From contig JAKLIW010000005.1 of the NCBI GenBank assembly GCA_022709425.1, positions 1,422 through 65,421 of the forward strand: a stretch of DNA of 64,000 nt, in the 5' to 3' direction. This DNA comes from a bacterium. GTDB lineage: Bacteria > UBP6 > UBA1177 > JAKLFG01. This document shows, piece by piece, positions 8,959 to 19,773 of the stretch. The translations under genes were made by a program, and so were the position numbers. Each line of letters begins with the position of its first letter. The first letter of the stretch is position 1. A model generated the notes under the pieces. The model was given only the letters and a program-made list of their open reading frames with translations, was not told the origin of the DNA and ran no database searches.

Positions 8959-11052
8959 ATGAAACGGGAAAAGAGGATATTCGGCGCCATCGCGGCGTTC
9001 GTGATGATCTTCTTCCTTATCATCCTCTATAGACTCTACGACATCCAGATACTGCGTCACGAGGAGCTCGACCGTTATTCCTCGTCGTCCGAGATAATAA
9101 AGACCATCAAGGCGCGCCGCGGGGCGATATACGACCGCAACGGCGAGGTGCTCGCGATCTCCGAACCGCGGGTCGATCTGGCGGTCGATCCCAACGGCAT
9201 CAAGGACAAGCGGGGAATCGCGGCGCTTCTGGCGTCGGCGGCTGGATTTGACGCCGAAGAGGTCTTCCGCACCCTTTCCCGGAAAGGCAATTTCCGTTAT
9301 CTCAAGAAAGATGTCGGATATGAGACGGTACGGGCGATACAGCAGGAACGGGAAACGGCGCTGGTCCGCCTGCGCGAACTCGAACGGAAGCGCGGCCTTG
9401 ATGATGCGAATGAGCATGATCGCAAACGGCTGGCCCAGCTGGCGAGCGATCTCAATTATGTCATTTTCGTGGACGGCTTCAAGCGCATCTACCCGCAGGG
9501 GAAACTGCTCGCCAACGTGATCGGCTGGGTGTCGCAGCACGACGGTGAGGGGCTCGGCGGACTGGAACTCTCATTCAACAAACATCTCTCGGGCGGCGAG
9601 GTCAAGATCCGGCGCCTCTACATACCTGGGAGCGGAGAGGGTGCGCTTGAGATAGAAAAAGAGATGGGCGCTACGCAGGCCGGCGATCTCCACTTGACCA
9701 TCGATGCCGCGATACAGGCGATCGCCGAGGAGGAACTCGACAAGATGGTCGAGAAGACCAAGGCGAAATGGGGCGGCGTGGTGGTGATGGACCCGGCGAG
9801 CGGCCGCATTCTCGCGATGGCGAACAATCCGAGTTTCCTGCCCGAGGAATACCGGCGTTATCCGCTGGAAAAACGGCGTAATCATACCGTATCGGACCTG
9901 TTCGAACCCGGTTCGACCATGAAGGTCTTCTCGATACTCGCCGCAATGAACGAAAACCTGATGCGGCCGGGCGAATTGGTCAACGGCCATAACGGCGTCT
10001 TCAAGTTCGGCGGTCGGCTCATTCATGACACGCACGGCAAAGGGCTGATGACGCTCGAGGAGGTGGTGGTCCATTCGTCGAATATCGGCACGGTGCAGAT
10101 CGTCGATAGGCTCTCCTCGGAGAAACTCTACGACTACTTCGGCCGATTCGGCTTCGGCAAACGGTCGGGGTTGCAACTGCCGGGAGAATCGACGCGAGAG
10201 GTGCGGAACTACAAGAAATGGTACCCGATAGACAAGGCGAACCTCAGTTTCGGCCAAGGGCTGTCGGTCAACATGGTGCAGATGGTCCGCGCACTTTCGG
10301 TGCTGTACAACGGCGGCGTGCTGTGGCAGCCGACGATCGTCGACCGGGTGATCGATCCGGTCGGCGGGCGGACGCTCTTCGAGACGGTGCCGTCGCTCAC
10401 GCGGCTCGAGTTCAAATACACTGTCGACAAAAAGATGATCGGTATGATGGATACGGTCGTCGCCAAAGGGACCGCACTACAGGCGGCGCTCAAAGGGGTG
10501 AAGGTGGGCGGCAAGACCGGCACGAGCCAGAAGTACGATCCGGTGAAGAAGAAATACAGCTGGGACGAGGTGGTCTGTTCCTTCGTCGGCGCGGTCCCTT
10601 CCGACAATCCGAAACTGGTGATGATGGTCGTTATCGACGAACCGCAGGGTAAGGAGTATGGCGGCACGGTCGCGGCGCCGGTTTTCCGCGAGATAGCGCG
10701 GCGATCGTTACCGTTTTTCGGCGTGTATGTCGAGAAGGATGCCAAGGAGATCACTCCGATACCCGAGATGGCGGCCGAGGATATGACCGCGCCGATCGAG
10801 GGGGGTATCGAAGGGAAAGAGGTGAGCGCGGTCGATGTGGTGGTCGTGCCTCAGCTCGAAGGGTTGGGGGTGAGCCGCGCCGCCTACGCGGTCAATCAGG
10901 CGGGACTTGATGTGGTCATATCGGGGGCGTCGTCGGGTGTGGTGAAGAAGCAGTCGCCCGCGGCCGGCGAGATAGTTCCCTACGGCACCGCCGTGATCAT
11001 CGAGAGCGAAGAAGAAAAAGAAGAGCCCAATCCGACAGAGGGAGGGGAGTGA
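8959..11052 (+). CDS. ftsI: Peptidoglycan D,D-transpeptidase FtsI (class B PBP) with C-terminal PASTA domain
   Basis: N-terminal TM anchor. Transpeptidase motifs STMK, SSN and KTGT. C-terminal PASTA-like segment VVVVPQLEGLGVSRAAYAVNQAGLDVVISGA...PYGTAVIIE. Confidence 0.9.
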   Translation: MKREKRIFGAIAAFVMIFFLIILYRLYDIQILRHEELDRYSSSSEIIKTIKARRGAIYDRNGEVLAISEPRVDLAVDPNGIKDKRGIAALLASAAGFDAEEVFRTLSRKGNFRYLKKDVGYETVRAIQQERETALVRLRELERKRGLDDANEHDRKRLAQLASDLNYVIFVDGFKRIYPQGKLLANVIGWVSQHDGEGLGGLELSFNKHLSGGEVKIRRLYIPGSGEGALEIEKEMGATQAGDLHLTIDAAIQAIAEEELDKMVEKTKAKWGGVVVMDPASGRILAMANNPSFLPEEYRRYPLEKRRNHTVSDLFEPGSTMKVFSILAAMNENLMRPGELVNGHNGVFKFGGRLIHDTHGKGLMTLEEVVVHSSNIGTVQIVDRLSSEKLYDYFGRFGFGKRSGLQLPGESTREVRNYKKWYPIDKANLSFGQGLSVNMVQMVRALSVLYNGGVLWQPTIVDRVIDPVGGRTLFETVPSLTRLEFKYTVDKKMIGMMDTVVAKGTALQAALKGVKVGGKTGTSQKYDPVKKKYSWDEVVCSFVGAVPSDNPKLVMMVVIDEPQGKEYGGTVAAPVFREIARRSLPFFGVYVEKDAKEITPIPEMAAEDMTAPIEGGIEGKEVSAVDVVVVPQLEGLGVSRAAYAVNQAGLDVVISGASSGVVKKQSPAAGEIVPYGTAVIIESEEEKEEPNPTEGGE

Positions 11053-12503
11053 TGCGACTAGTGGAACTCAAGCGCCGAATAGCGTACGAGATACTTGCCG
11101 ACAACGCGCCCGACGATGACATCGAGGTGCGCGACATCGTCGTCGACAGCCGTCGGGTGACGCCGGGATGTCTCTTTTTCGCGGTGCGCGGCGAAAAGGC
11201 CGACGGTCACGATTTCATCGAGCAGGCGCTTCTGCAGGGTGCCGCCGCTGCCTTCGGTGTGCGCGATCTGACGTTTCCCGGCTATGTGCGCGTCGCCGAT
11301 ATCCATGAAACGCTGCGCGCCGTATCGCCGGCGGTATATGGCGACCCGCAGAAGGCGATGCATTTCATCGGGGTGACCGGCACCAACGGTAAAACGACTA
11401 CGACCCACATCATCGAGAAGATACTGTCGGGCGTGTCGCCCACTGGGCTGATCGGGACGCTCGGTTGCCGCTGGGGCGGCCGTACCGTGGCTCCCGAGAA
11501 TACGACCCCCTTCCCCTGGACGTGGTACCGGACCCTCGCCGCGATGCGTCACGAGGGCGTTCGGTTCGTAGTGAGCGAGGTCAGTTCGCATGCGCTCGAT
11601 CAGGAACGGATCGCCGGGACCCAGTTCGACGCGGCGCTTTTCACCAACTTCACGCGCGATCATCTCGATTATCATAAGACCGAGGAGGCGTACTTCGCCG
11701 CGAAAAAACGGCTCTTTGACGAATATCTCCGCAACGACGGGCTTGCGGTGGTGAACCTCGATGATCCGAAGGGGCGGGAACTTACTCGTCTGCTCGACGG
11801 CAAGCGGCCGCTTGCGACCTTCTCCCTCACCGACCGGAGCGCCGATCTGTGGGTGAAGCATATGATGGCGCGCGGCGCCGGTTACGAACTGCTTCTATCC
11901 TACCGTGGCGACGATATCGCGGCGCGGCTCGATCTGCCGGGTCGTTTCAACATCTCGAACCTGCTTGGCGCGCTCCTTGCCGTGTCGCCGTGGATGGAAC
12001 CGGCGCAGGCATCTGCGCTCGCGGCGGGCGCCGTGGTGCCGGGCCGCATGGAGCGGGTGGGAACGCGCGGCCGGATATTCGTCGATTACGCTCATTCGCC
12101 CGATGCGCTGGAAAAGGTGCTCGCGGCGGCCAAGGAATTCGGCGGTGGCGTTAAGCTCATCGTCGTGTTCGGTGCGGGCGGCGACCGCGACAAAGGGAAA
12201 CGGCCGCTTATGGGAGAAGTGGCGGCGAAGTATGCCGACACCGTCATCGTCACCTCCGACAATCCGCGCACCGAAAAGCCCGACGCGATCATCGCCGATA
12301 TCGTCGGCGGCATCAAACGGAAGGAAGGGCTGGAAGTGATACCTGATCGCAGCGCCGCGATAGAACGGGCGCTCAAACTCATGCGTGACGAGGATGTGGT
12401 CATCGTCGCGGGCAAAGGGGCCGAGGATTACCAGATCATCGGGACCGAGAAGCGGCACTTCTCGGACCACGAAGAGATACGCAGACACTTGGGAGAATCA
12501 TGA
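11049..12503 (+). CDS. murE: UDP-N-acetylmuramoyl-L-alanyl-D-glutamate--2,6-diaminopimelate ligase MurE
   Basis: Mur ligase P-loop GVTGTNGKTTTTHI. DNPR motif (DNPRTE) specific for meso-DAP-adding MurE. ATGA overlap with ftsI. Confidence 0.92.
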   Translation: MMRLVELKRRIAYEILADNAPDDDIEVRDIVVDSRRVTPGCLFFAVRGEKADGHDFIEQALLQGAAAAFGVRDLTFPGYVRVADIHETLRAVSPAVYGDPQKAMHFIGVTGTNGKTTTTHIIEKILSGVSPTGLIGTLGCRWGGRTVAPENTTPFPWTWYRTLAAMRHEGVRFVVSEVSSHALDQERIAGTQFDAALFTNFTRDHLDYHKTEEAYFAAKKRLFDEYLRNDGLAVVNLDDPKGRELTRLLDGKRPLATFSLTDRSADLWVKHMMARGAGYELLLSYRGDDIAARLDLPGRFNISNLLGALLAVSPWMEPAQASALAAGAVVPGRMERVGTRGRIFVDYAHSPDALEKVLAAAKEFGGGVKLIVVFGAGGDRDKGKRPLMGEVAAKYADTVIVTSDNPRTEKPDAIIADIVGGIKRKEGLEVIPDRSAAIERALKLMRDEDVVIVAGKGAEDYQIIGTEKRHFSDHEEIRRHLGES

Positions 12504-13840
12504 TGCTGGACCACACGATGGTCAACGAGGCGCTCGCGCGGTGCGGATCGACGGCGCGGGTCGACGCAACGCTCTTCGGCGCGGTCACGATCGACAGCCG
12601 CACGGCGCGGCGCGGCGATATCTTCTGCGCGTTCAAAGGCGAAAAGGTCGACGGTCACTCCTTCGTCGCGGCGCTCGTGGCGCAGGGAGTGTTTTGCGTC
12701 GGCAGCGATCAGATGGGCATTGCGGGGTATGTGCAGGTCGCCGATGTGGTGCAGTTCCTCGCGGTATTGGCGCGGCTCCGGCGCGACGCGCAGAATTCGC
12801 AGGTCATCGCCATCACCGGTTCGTCGGGAAAAACGACCACGCGTGAATTCACCGCGCGGATGCTGACGCTGTGCGGCAAAAGCGTTTACGGCACGAGCGG
12901 CAACCTCAACAATCACCTCGGTCTGCCGCTGACGCTGCTCAACGCGCCCGACGACCGCGATTTCATCGTGCTCGAGATGGGGATGAACCATGCCGGGGAG
13001 ATCGCCCATCTCTGCGCGGCGGCCGATCCCGACGCGGTCCTCATCACCAACATCGGTTTCGCCCACATCGGGAATTTCAATTCGCGCGACGAACTGGCGC
13101 AGGCGAAACTCGAGATATTCGATCATTCGCGCGGCCGCATCGCCGCCGATATCGACGATCCGTACATCGCGGGGTGGATCGCCGCTCATCCCGGACGCGC
13201 CGCGACGACCTATTCGACCGCAGGGAACAAGGCCGATCTCACGGTGCGGAATACTGATGAGGGCCATATCGTTCTAAGATGGCAGGGGCGTGAATATGCC
13301 GCGCAGATGCCCGACCTGCCCAACTACATGGTGCAGAATTTCGCGGCCGCTGCGGCGTTGGTGTTGCCCTACACCGGATCGCCCGAGTCGCTTTTTGCGG
13401 TCTTTGAGGGACTGAAGCTCCCGAAATATCGAGGGGAAGAGGTGAAGATGGGGGATCGGGTAATCGTAGCCGACTGCTACAACGCAAATCCTGATAGCAT
13501 GTTGAGATCAATAGAGAATTTCATCAGAAAGGAGGGCTCCGGAGTGGCCGACGGGCGCTATCTGGTGCTCGGTGATATGGCCGAACTGGGTAAATTTGCA
13601 GAAAAATTTCATAGAGAACTTGTAAAATATATCAAAACCCTTACAGTGGTAAACAAGAGTTTTTTGATAGGCGAGGAGTTCGAAAAGATCCGCGACGAAT
13701 TCATCGATGACGAGCGAGTGGTCTTTTTCGGCTCTATGGATGATCTTTCGGCGGCGTTGCCGTCGCGCGGGCGTTTCCTACTAAAAGGGTCGCGCCGCAA
13801 CCGATTGGAGTTGCTCTTCGACAGGACAGGAGGTCAGTGA
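12500..13840 (+). CDS. murF: UDP-N-acetylmuramoyl-tripeptide--D-alanyl-D-alanine ligase MurF
   Basis: ITGSSGKTTTRE P-loop and Mur ligase domains. Overlaps the murE stop. Confidence 0.9.
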   Translation: MMLDHTMVNEALARCGSTARVDATLFGAVTIDSRTARRGDIFCAFKGEKVDGHSFVAALVAQGVFCVGSDQMGIAGYVQVADVVQFLAVLARLRRDAQNSQVIAITGSSGKTTTREFTARMLTLCGKSVYGTSGNLNNHLGLPLTLLNAPDDRDFIVLEMGMNHAGEIAHLCAAADPDAVLITNIGFAHIGNFNSRDELAQAKLEIFDHSRGRIAADIDDPYIAGWIAAHPGRAATTYSTAGNKADLTVRNTDEGHIVLRWQGREYAAQMPDLPNYMVQNFAAAAALVLPYTGSPESLFAVFEGLKLPKYRGEEVKMGDRVIVADCYNANPDSMLRSIENFIRKEGSGVADGRYLVLGDMAELGKFAEKFHRELVKYIKTLTVVNKSFLIGEEFEKIRDEFIDDERVVFFGSMDDLSAALPSRGRFLLKGSRRNRLELLFDRTGGQ

Positions 13841-13841
13841 A

Positions 13842-14924
13842 ATGTTGCTTTACCTCAAACTCTGGTACCTGCAGTCGGTGCCGCAGTTCAATGTACTCAC
13901 CTATATCACGTTCCGTACCTTCATGGCGGTCTTCACCGGCTTTATCCTCTCTCTCATTGTCTACCCCTATTTCATCGCATATCTCAAACGCATCAAGATG
14001 GAGCAGGCGATACGGACCGACGGACCGCAGGCCCATCTGGCCAAGGCGGGAACCCCGGCGATGGGCGGCGTCATCATACTCTTGTCGGTTCTCGTCAACA
14101 TATTCCTGTGGACCGATTTCCTGAAGAACTTCTGGATACAGTCCATGACCCTGCTGATCGTGCTCTTCGGCCTCATCGGCTATCTCGACGACTGGCTGAA
14201 GGTCTCGAAACGCAACCCGCAGGGGCTCGCTTCGCGCTGGAAGTTCCTGATGCAGGTGGTATTCGCGACCGCCTTTATGTTGTTGCTCTATTATCATAAG
14301 GGCTTCGAGCCGACGCTGGTGGTGCCGATATTCAAATCGCTCACCTTCGACATCGGCTGGTGGTACATACCCTTCGGCGTGCTGGTGATCGTCGGCACTT
14401 CCAACGGACTCAATTTCACCGACGGCATGGACGGTCTGGCCATCGTGCCGACGATGATATCGATGTTGCTGCTGGCGATCATCGTGTATCTGGTCGGTCA
14501 CGCGGCCTTCGCTAATTATCTCCATATGCCGCTGGTACGGGGCGCGGGCGAGCTGGCCATCATCGGCGGCGCCACCATCGGCGCGGCGCTCGCATTCCTG
14601 TGGTTCAACAGCTATCCCGCCTCGATATTCATGGGCGACACCGGCGCGCTCTCACTCGGCGCGATGATCGGCGCCTTCACGGTCGTCACCAAGACCGAAC
14701 TTCTTTCGCTCATATTCAACGGCCTGTTCGTGGTCGAGGTGCTGTCGGTCATCCTGCAGGTCGCCTTCTTCAAAACGACGGGACGCCGCATATTCCGCAT
14801 GGCGCCGATACACCACCATTTCGAGTTGGGCGGCAATGCGACCGAACCGAAGCTCATCGTCCGCTTCTGGATACTTTCGATACTGCTTGCGCTCCTTTCC
14901 ATCGCGACGATCAAGGTGAGGTAG
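13842..14924 (+). CDS. mraY: Phospho-N-acetylmuramoyl-pentapeptide transferase MraY
   Basis: Polytopic membrane protein with FMGDTGALSLGAMIGA and PIHHHFEL motifs. Confidence 0.95.
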   Translation: MLLYLKLWYLQSVPQFNVLTYITFRTFMAVFTGFILSLIVYPYFIAYLKRIKMEQAIRTDGPQAHLAKAGTPAMGGVIILLSVLVNIFLWTDFLKNFWIQSMTLLIVLFGLIGYLDDWLKVSKRNPQGLASRWKFLMQVVFATAFMLLLYYHKGFEPTLVVPIFKSLTFDIGWWYIPFGVLVIVGTSNGLNFTDGMDGLAIVPTMISMLLLAIIVYLVGHAAFANYLHMPLVRGAGELAIIGGATIGAALAFLWFNSYPASIFMGDTGALSLGAMIGAFTVVTKTELLSLIFNGLFVVEVLSVILQVAFFKTTGRRIFRMAPIHHHFELGGNATEPKLIVRFWILSILLALLSIATIKVR

Positions 14925-14928
14925 CACT

Positions 14929-16233
14929 ATGAAAAAGGCGCTCATACTCGGGCTCGGCATATCGGGCGTCGAAACGGCGAAGTTCCTCGCCGCGAAGAAG
15001 TGGGAGGTCGTCGTCCACGACGACAATGCGGCGAAGCTGGCAGAGGCGGTGAAAGGCTTTGCGACGCTCACCGACGGAGCGTTGCCGAAAGAACTCGATC
15101 TGCTGGTCATCAGCCCCGGGGTGCCGCAGAGCCATCCGCTGGTCGCCGCCGCCACGCAGCGCGGCATCGATATCGCCGGCGAGATGGAGGTGGCGGCGCG
15201 GTTCATCACCAACGAAACGGTCATCGCGGTCACCGGCACCAACGGAAAAAGCACGACCGTGACGCTCATTCACGAGATGCTGATCGCCGACGGCCGCAAG
15301 AGTGCGCTGACCGGCAACATCGGCGCGCCGATCATATCGTTCGTGGAGAAAGGGTACGAGTTCCTCGTGGTCGAGGTATCGAGTTTCCAGATAGAGACGC
15401 TTCGCGCGATGCATCCCGACGCGGCGCTGATACTCAATGTGAGTCCCGATCATCTCGATCGCTACGCGAGTTACGACGACTACCTGATGACCAAGGTGAA
15501 GCTCGGCCGGCTGGCGAAAGAGGAAGGCTTCGTCGTGGTCAACGGCGGCGACGAGCCGCTCTGCGCCGCGGCGTCGGGTATCGCCCGCCGCGCCGTCTAT
15601 TTCTCGGCGACGGGAAAAAGCGACGCGATATGGGACGGTCGGACCGTTTCCTACTACGGTGTCGCGGTGGAGCTGCAGAAGACGAGATTGCGCGGCGAAC
15701 ATAATGTCGAGAATCTCATGGCGGCGATGATCGCCGCCGCCCCCTTCATGAAAAAACCGGCGTTCATGGCCGCCGCCGCTTATGCATTCAAGCCGCTACC
15801 GCACCGCATGGCGCCCGCCGGGATCATCGGCGCGGTTGAGTTCATCGATGACTCGAAGGGGACCAATGTCGGCGCGGTCGAGAAATCGCTTGCCGGTTTC
15901 GCCGATCGTTCGGTCGTTCTTATCCTCGGCGGGGTCGACAAGGGGGGGAGTTATCAGCCGCTACGCGAGCTGGCCGATCGGAAGTGCCGCGGCGTGGTGG
16001 TGATGGGGCAGGCGGCGCCCAAGATACTTGCCGATTTCGAAGGCTATCTGCCGCTCGAAAAAGCCGATTTGATGGCCGACGCGGTGGAAAAAGCATACCG
16101 GTTCGCGGCGGGTGAGGCGACCGTCCTGTTCTCGCCCGCCTGTTCGAGTTTCGATATGTACGAGAACTATAAGAAGCGGGGCGACGATTTCGTGAAGAAG
16201 GTGGCGGAACTGAAAAAACGGGTAGAGGGCTGA
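14929..16233 (+). CDS. murD: UDP-N-acetylmuramoylalanine--D-glutamate ligase MurD
   Basis: GTNGKSTT P-loop and Mur ligase family architecture. Conserved position in the cluster. Confidence 0.9.
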   Translation: MKKALILGLGISGVETAKFLAAKKWEVVVHDDNAAKLAEAVKGFATLTDGALPKELDLLVISPGVPQSHPLVAAATQRGIDIAGEMEVAARFITNETVIAVTGTNGKSTTVTLIHEMLIADGRKSALTGNIGAPIISFVEKGYEFLVVEVSSFQIETLRAMHPDAALILNVSPDHLDRYASYDDYLMTKVKLGRLAKEEGFVVVNGGDEPLCAAASGIARRAVYFSATGKSDAIWDGRTVSYYGVAVELQKTRLRGEHNVENLMAAMIAAAPFMKKPAFMAAAAYAFKPLPHRMAPAGIIGAVEFIDDSKGTNVGAVEKSLAGFADRSVVLILGGVDKGGSYQPLRELADRKCRGVVVMGQAAPKILADFEGYLPLEKADLMADAVEKAYRFAAGEATVLFSPACSSFDMYENYKKRGDDFVKKVAELKKRVEG

Positions 16234-16236
16234 GCG

Positions 16237-17325
16237 ATGCCGCGTTCGGTGAAATTCTACTTCGCACTTTTCTTCCTGCTGGTGATGTTCGGCATGGTCA
16301 TGGTCTTCAACATCAAGGTTTTCGTCGTCAACCGTCCCGATGCACAGGTCTTGTCGATACTGCGCGGTCAGATATTGAATCTCTGCATCGCGGGGGCCGG
16401 CTTCATCGCCGCCTATCTGATGAACATCGACGTGGTCCGCAGTTGGATAAAATACCTGCTCCTGTTCATCATCCTGCTGCTGCTTGCCACCTTCGTCATC
16501 GGGACCGAGGTGAACGGTTCTACCCGTTGGATAAACCTCCACTTCATGATGATCCAACCGTCGGAATTCGCCAAGCTCGTCGTCATTTTCTATCTCGCCG
16601 AGGTCATCTGCAACAAACGCGAACGGATGGGCCTATGGCAGGAACTCGTCTATCCATTCGGCCTCGTTTCGGCGCTGGTGCTGGTCATCGCGGTCGAGGA
16701 TCTCGGCACGGCGCTCATCATTTTCGCGACCTCGCTGACGCTCATGCTTATGGGAGGTATGCGCTTCAAATACTTCGCGGCGCTCATCGCTCTGTCGCTG
16801 CTGGTGGTGACGATACTGATACTCATGAAGCCCTACCGGCTCGAACGGATCAAGGTGTGGCGCGATCCGTGGAAATACAAACAGGCGCAAGGATACCAGC
16901 AGGTGCAGTCCGAAATAGCGCTGGGCCGCGGCGGCGCTACGGGCGTCGGCTTCGGCAACAGTCAGCGGAAACTCCGCTATCTGCCCGAGGCATCGACCGA
17001 CTTCATCTTCGCCATCGTCGGCGAGGAGTTCGGGTTCGTCGGTGCCGCGCTGTTCATCATCGCCCTCATCGTCCTGTTCATCACGGGGGTCTATTTCGCC
17101 TTGTCGCGCGGCGACCCGTTCTCGCTCTACCTCGCGGCGGGCATCGTACTGATACTCGGGATACAGGCGGCGGTGAATCTCGGCGTGGTCACTTCGACCC
17201 TGCCGAACAAAGGGGTGCCGTTGCCGTTCATCAGCTACGGTGGCTCATCGTTGCTTTCGTCGTGTCTCATGATCGGGTTCCTGCTCAACGTCGTGGTGAC
17301 CGACAGCCGGTCGCAATATCAGTGA
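16237..17325 (+). CDS. ftsW: SEDS-family peptidoglycan glycosyltransferase FtsW
   Basis: 10-TM SEDS protein. PFISYGGSS-type motif (PLPFISYGGSSLL). Confidence 0.9.
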   Translation: MPRSVKFYFALFFLLVMFGMVMVFNIKVFVVNRPDAQVLSILRGQILNLCIAGAGFIAAYLMNIDVVRSWIKYLLLFIILLLLATFVIGTEVNGSTRWINLHFMMIQPSEFAKLVVIFYLAEVICNKRERMGLWQELVYPFGLVSALVLVIAVEDLGTALIIFATSLTLMLMGGMRFKYFAALIALSLLVVTILILMKPYRLERIKVWRDPWKYKQAQGYQQVQSEIALGRGGATGVGFGNSQRKLRYLPEASTDFIFAIVGEEFGFVGAALFIIALIVLFITGVYFALSRGDPFSLYLAAGIVLILGIQAAVNLGVVTSTLPNKGVPLPFISYGGSSLLSSCLMIGFLLNVVVTDSRSQYQ

Positions 17326-17329
17326 GGAT

Positions 17330-18427
17330 GTGATGACAACGGCGGAGAAGACCATTCTTATCGCGGGCGGCAAGACGGGGGGACACCTCTTTCCCGGCAT
17401 CGCCGTGGCCGAGGTTCTCCGTCAGCGCGGCCTCACGGTGGTCTTTGTCGGTTCACGCGGCGGACTTGAGGAAAAGGAACTGCCGGCGCGCGGTTTCACA
17501 CTCGAATTCGTGACGGTGGGCGGCTTGAAAGGAAAGAACATCATAGAAACGATAAAGAATCTCGCGGTCCTGCCGATCGCATTGCTACAGGCGTTGCGTC
17601 TCATCGGGAAACACCGTGCCGACGCGGTCGTATCTCTCGGCGGTTTCGCGGCGGGGCCGGTGGCGCTCGCGGCATGGTTGCGGCGCCGTGCGGTCTATGC
17701 GATGGAACAGAATTCGATCCCCGGTATCACCAATCGTATCGTCGGCCGTTTCGCCGACCGTATATTCATGAGTTTCCCCGATGTGCGGGGCCGCTTCCCG
17801 GCCGGCCGCACACTGCTGACCGGTAATCCGGTGCGGCGCGAGGTCATCGACTGCGCCCGCAAGCGGCTCGATACCGACCGGCCGGTGCTCGCGGTCTTTG
17901 GCGGTTCGCAGGGCGCCGCGTCGCTCAACGAACTCATGATGCGACTGGTCGCCGATCATCCCGCCGTTGCGAACGGGTTCTATATCATCCATCAGACCGG
18001 GGAACGCGATCTTGCCGCTGTTCGCGCACATTATGCGGCGCATGGCGTCGAGGCGGAGATCCAGCCTTTTGTCCGCGATATCGGCAGTTACTACAAGGCG
18101 GCCGACATCATCGTCTGCCGCGCCGGAGCGACCACCATCGCCGAGCTCGCGGCGCTCGGGAAGCCGGCGATCTATGTGCCCTTTCCCCATGCCGCCGACA
18201 ACCACCAGTACTACAATGCCCGCTCGGTGGTCGAGCAGGGCGGCGGGATCGTCGTTGAGGATGCGGGGCCGGTCGCCGAAAAGGCGGCGAAGCTCGCGGC
18301 GGCGCTCGATCAATTTGCAAAGAATCGTGAGGTGTGGCGTTCCCGCATGACTGCTTTGACCGAGAACCGCGCCGATGTCGTCATCGCCGACGCGATACTT
18401 TCCGGTATCGGGGGAGGGGCCGCATGA
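17330..18427 (+). CDS. murG: UDP-N-acetylglucosamine--N-acetylmuramyl-(pentapeptide) pyrophosphoryl-undecaprenol GlcNAc transferase MurG
   Basis: N-terminal GGKTGGHLFPGIAVAE. GT28 fold. Confidence 0.92.
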   Translation: MMTTAEKTILIAGGKTGGHLFPGIAVAEVLRQRGLTVVFVGSRGGLEEKELPARGFTLEFVTVGGLKGKNIIETIKNLAVLPIALLQALRLIGKHRADAVVSLGGFAAGPVALAAWLRRRAVYAMEQNSIPGITNRIVGRFADRIFMSFPDVRGRFPAGRTLLTGNPVRREVIDCARKRLDTDRPVLAVFGGSQGAASLNELMMRLVADHPAVANGFYIIHQTGERDLAAVRAHYAAHGVEAEIQPFVRDIGSYYKAADIIVCRAGATTIAELAALGKPAIYVPFPHAADNHQYYNARSVVEQGGGIVVEDAGPVAEKAAKLAAALDQFAKNREVWRSRMTALTENRADVVIADAILSGIGGGAA

Positions 18428-19773
18428 GGATACATTTCATGGGTGCCGGCGGCAGCGGTGTGAGTGGGCTCATGCTCATCGCAAAGGCTCAGGGATATAC
18501 CGTCAATGGTTGTGACGAGCGGCGCACCGCCTATACCGAGATGCTGGAGAAACGGGGGATACCGGTCGCTCTCGGTCACGACACGGCCCATCTGGACCAC
18601 GCCGATGTCCTCGTACGCACTTCGGCCGTTTGCGATGATATCGAAGAGGTGATCGCGGCACGGGCGATCAATCTGCCGATCCTGACCCGCGGCGAATTTC
18701 TCGCCGAACTGCTTGCCAAAAACACCGTCATCGGTATCGCCGGCGCGCACGGCAAGACCTCGACCACGTGGTTGACGTGGCAGTTCCTGCGGCACTTCGG
18801 TGTTGCCGCTTCGATATACGCCGGCGGCAAACTGGACGGCGTGAACGCGGTGGCGGCGGGTGACCCGTGGGTGGTCGAACTGGACGAATCGGACGGTTCG
18901 ATATTCCGTATGCGGCCCAAGGTGCTCGTCCTCACCAATCTAGAACTCGAACATGTTGATTACTACGGCACCGATGCCGAAATGTTGCGTCGGTTCCGCG
19001 AATATATGACGCTCGTCGGCCATCGCCGGTTCGTCGTCGGTCGCGGATATCCGCTCTCCGACCGGCTGTTCGAGGATTTCGGCGGGCTGACCTTCCCGAC
19101 ACGCGCCGAGGTGGCCCAGAAAAAAGCGGTGAAGGGCGGTCCCGCCTGCAACTTCACCTGCGAGACGGGCCGTTGGATAGTTGAATTCCACGGGGTACGC
19201 AGCGATCTGGGATCGGCCAATGAACCGGCTTACGTCATCCAGAACCGCGCCGCGGCGCTGCTGGCCGCCTATACCCATATTCGAGAGCTTCACCGTGAGT
19301 ATGAACCGATACCCCCCGATTTCTGGATGAACATCCGCGGTGTCGAGCGTCGTTTCGAGAAGAAAAAGGTCTGGCGCGGGATCGCGCTCATCGACGACTA
19401 TGCGCATCACCCCTCGGAGGTGCAGGCGGTGATGGACCGCGCCACGGCATCGTACGGCCGTTATGTGCTGGTATTCCAGCCGCACCGGCATACCCGATTC
19501 GACCGTTTTTTCGACGATTTTGCGCAGGTGCTCAAGGCGGCCCCCGCTCTCATCATCCTCCCGGTGTTCGGCGCGGGCGAATCGGCGGGGAAGCGGGATA
19601 CGCGCGAACTGCAGGAACAGCTCAAGAAAAACGGCATGAACACCGCATACTACTGCGAGAATATCGGCGAGGCGGGCGTACTGCTCTCGTCGGGCGCCCT
19701 CGAATGGGTCCGCGCCATCATAACGGCGGGAGCGGGTGATGTGAACGAACTTTTCGGATTGCTGGAGGAGTGA
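18424..19773 (+). CDS. murC: UDP-N-acetylmuramate--L-alanine ligase MurC
   Basis: MRIHFMGAGGSGVSGLM and IGIAGAHGKTSTTW. Start set to the in-frame ATG at 18424 (ATGA overlap with murG); the track ORF starts upstream at 18334. Confidence 0.9.
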   Translation: MRIHFMGAGGSGVSGLMLIAKAQGYTVNGCDERRTAYTEMLEKRGIPVALGHDTAHLDHADVLVRTSAVCDDIEEVIAARAINLPILTRGEFLAELLAKNTVIGIAGAHGKTSTTWLTWQFLRHFGVAASIYAGGKLDGVNAVAAGDPWVVELDESDGSIFRMRPKVLVLTNLELEHVDYYGTDAEMLRRFREYMTLVGHRRFVVGRGYPLSDRLFEDFGGLTFPTRAEVAQKKAVKGGPACNFTCETGRWIVEFHGVRSDLGSANEPAYVIQNRAAALLAAYTHIRELHREYEPIPPDFWMNIRGVERRFEKKKVWRGIALIDDYAHHPSEVQAVMDRATASYGRYVLVFQPHRHTRFDRFFDDFAQVLKAAPALIILPVFGAGESAGKRDTRELQEQLKKNGMNTAYYCENIGEAGVLLSSGALEWVRAIITAGAGDVNELFGLLEE

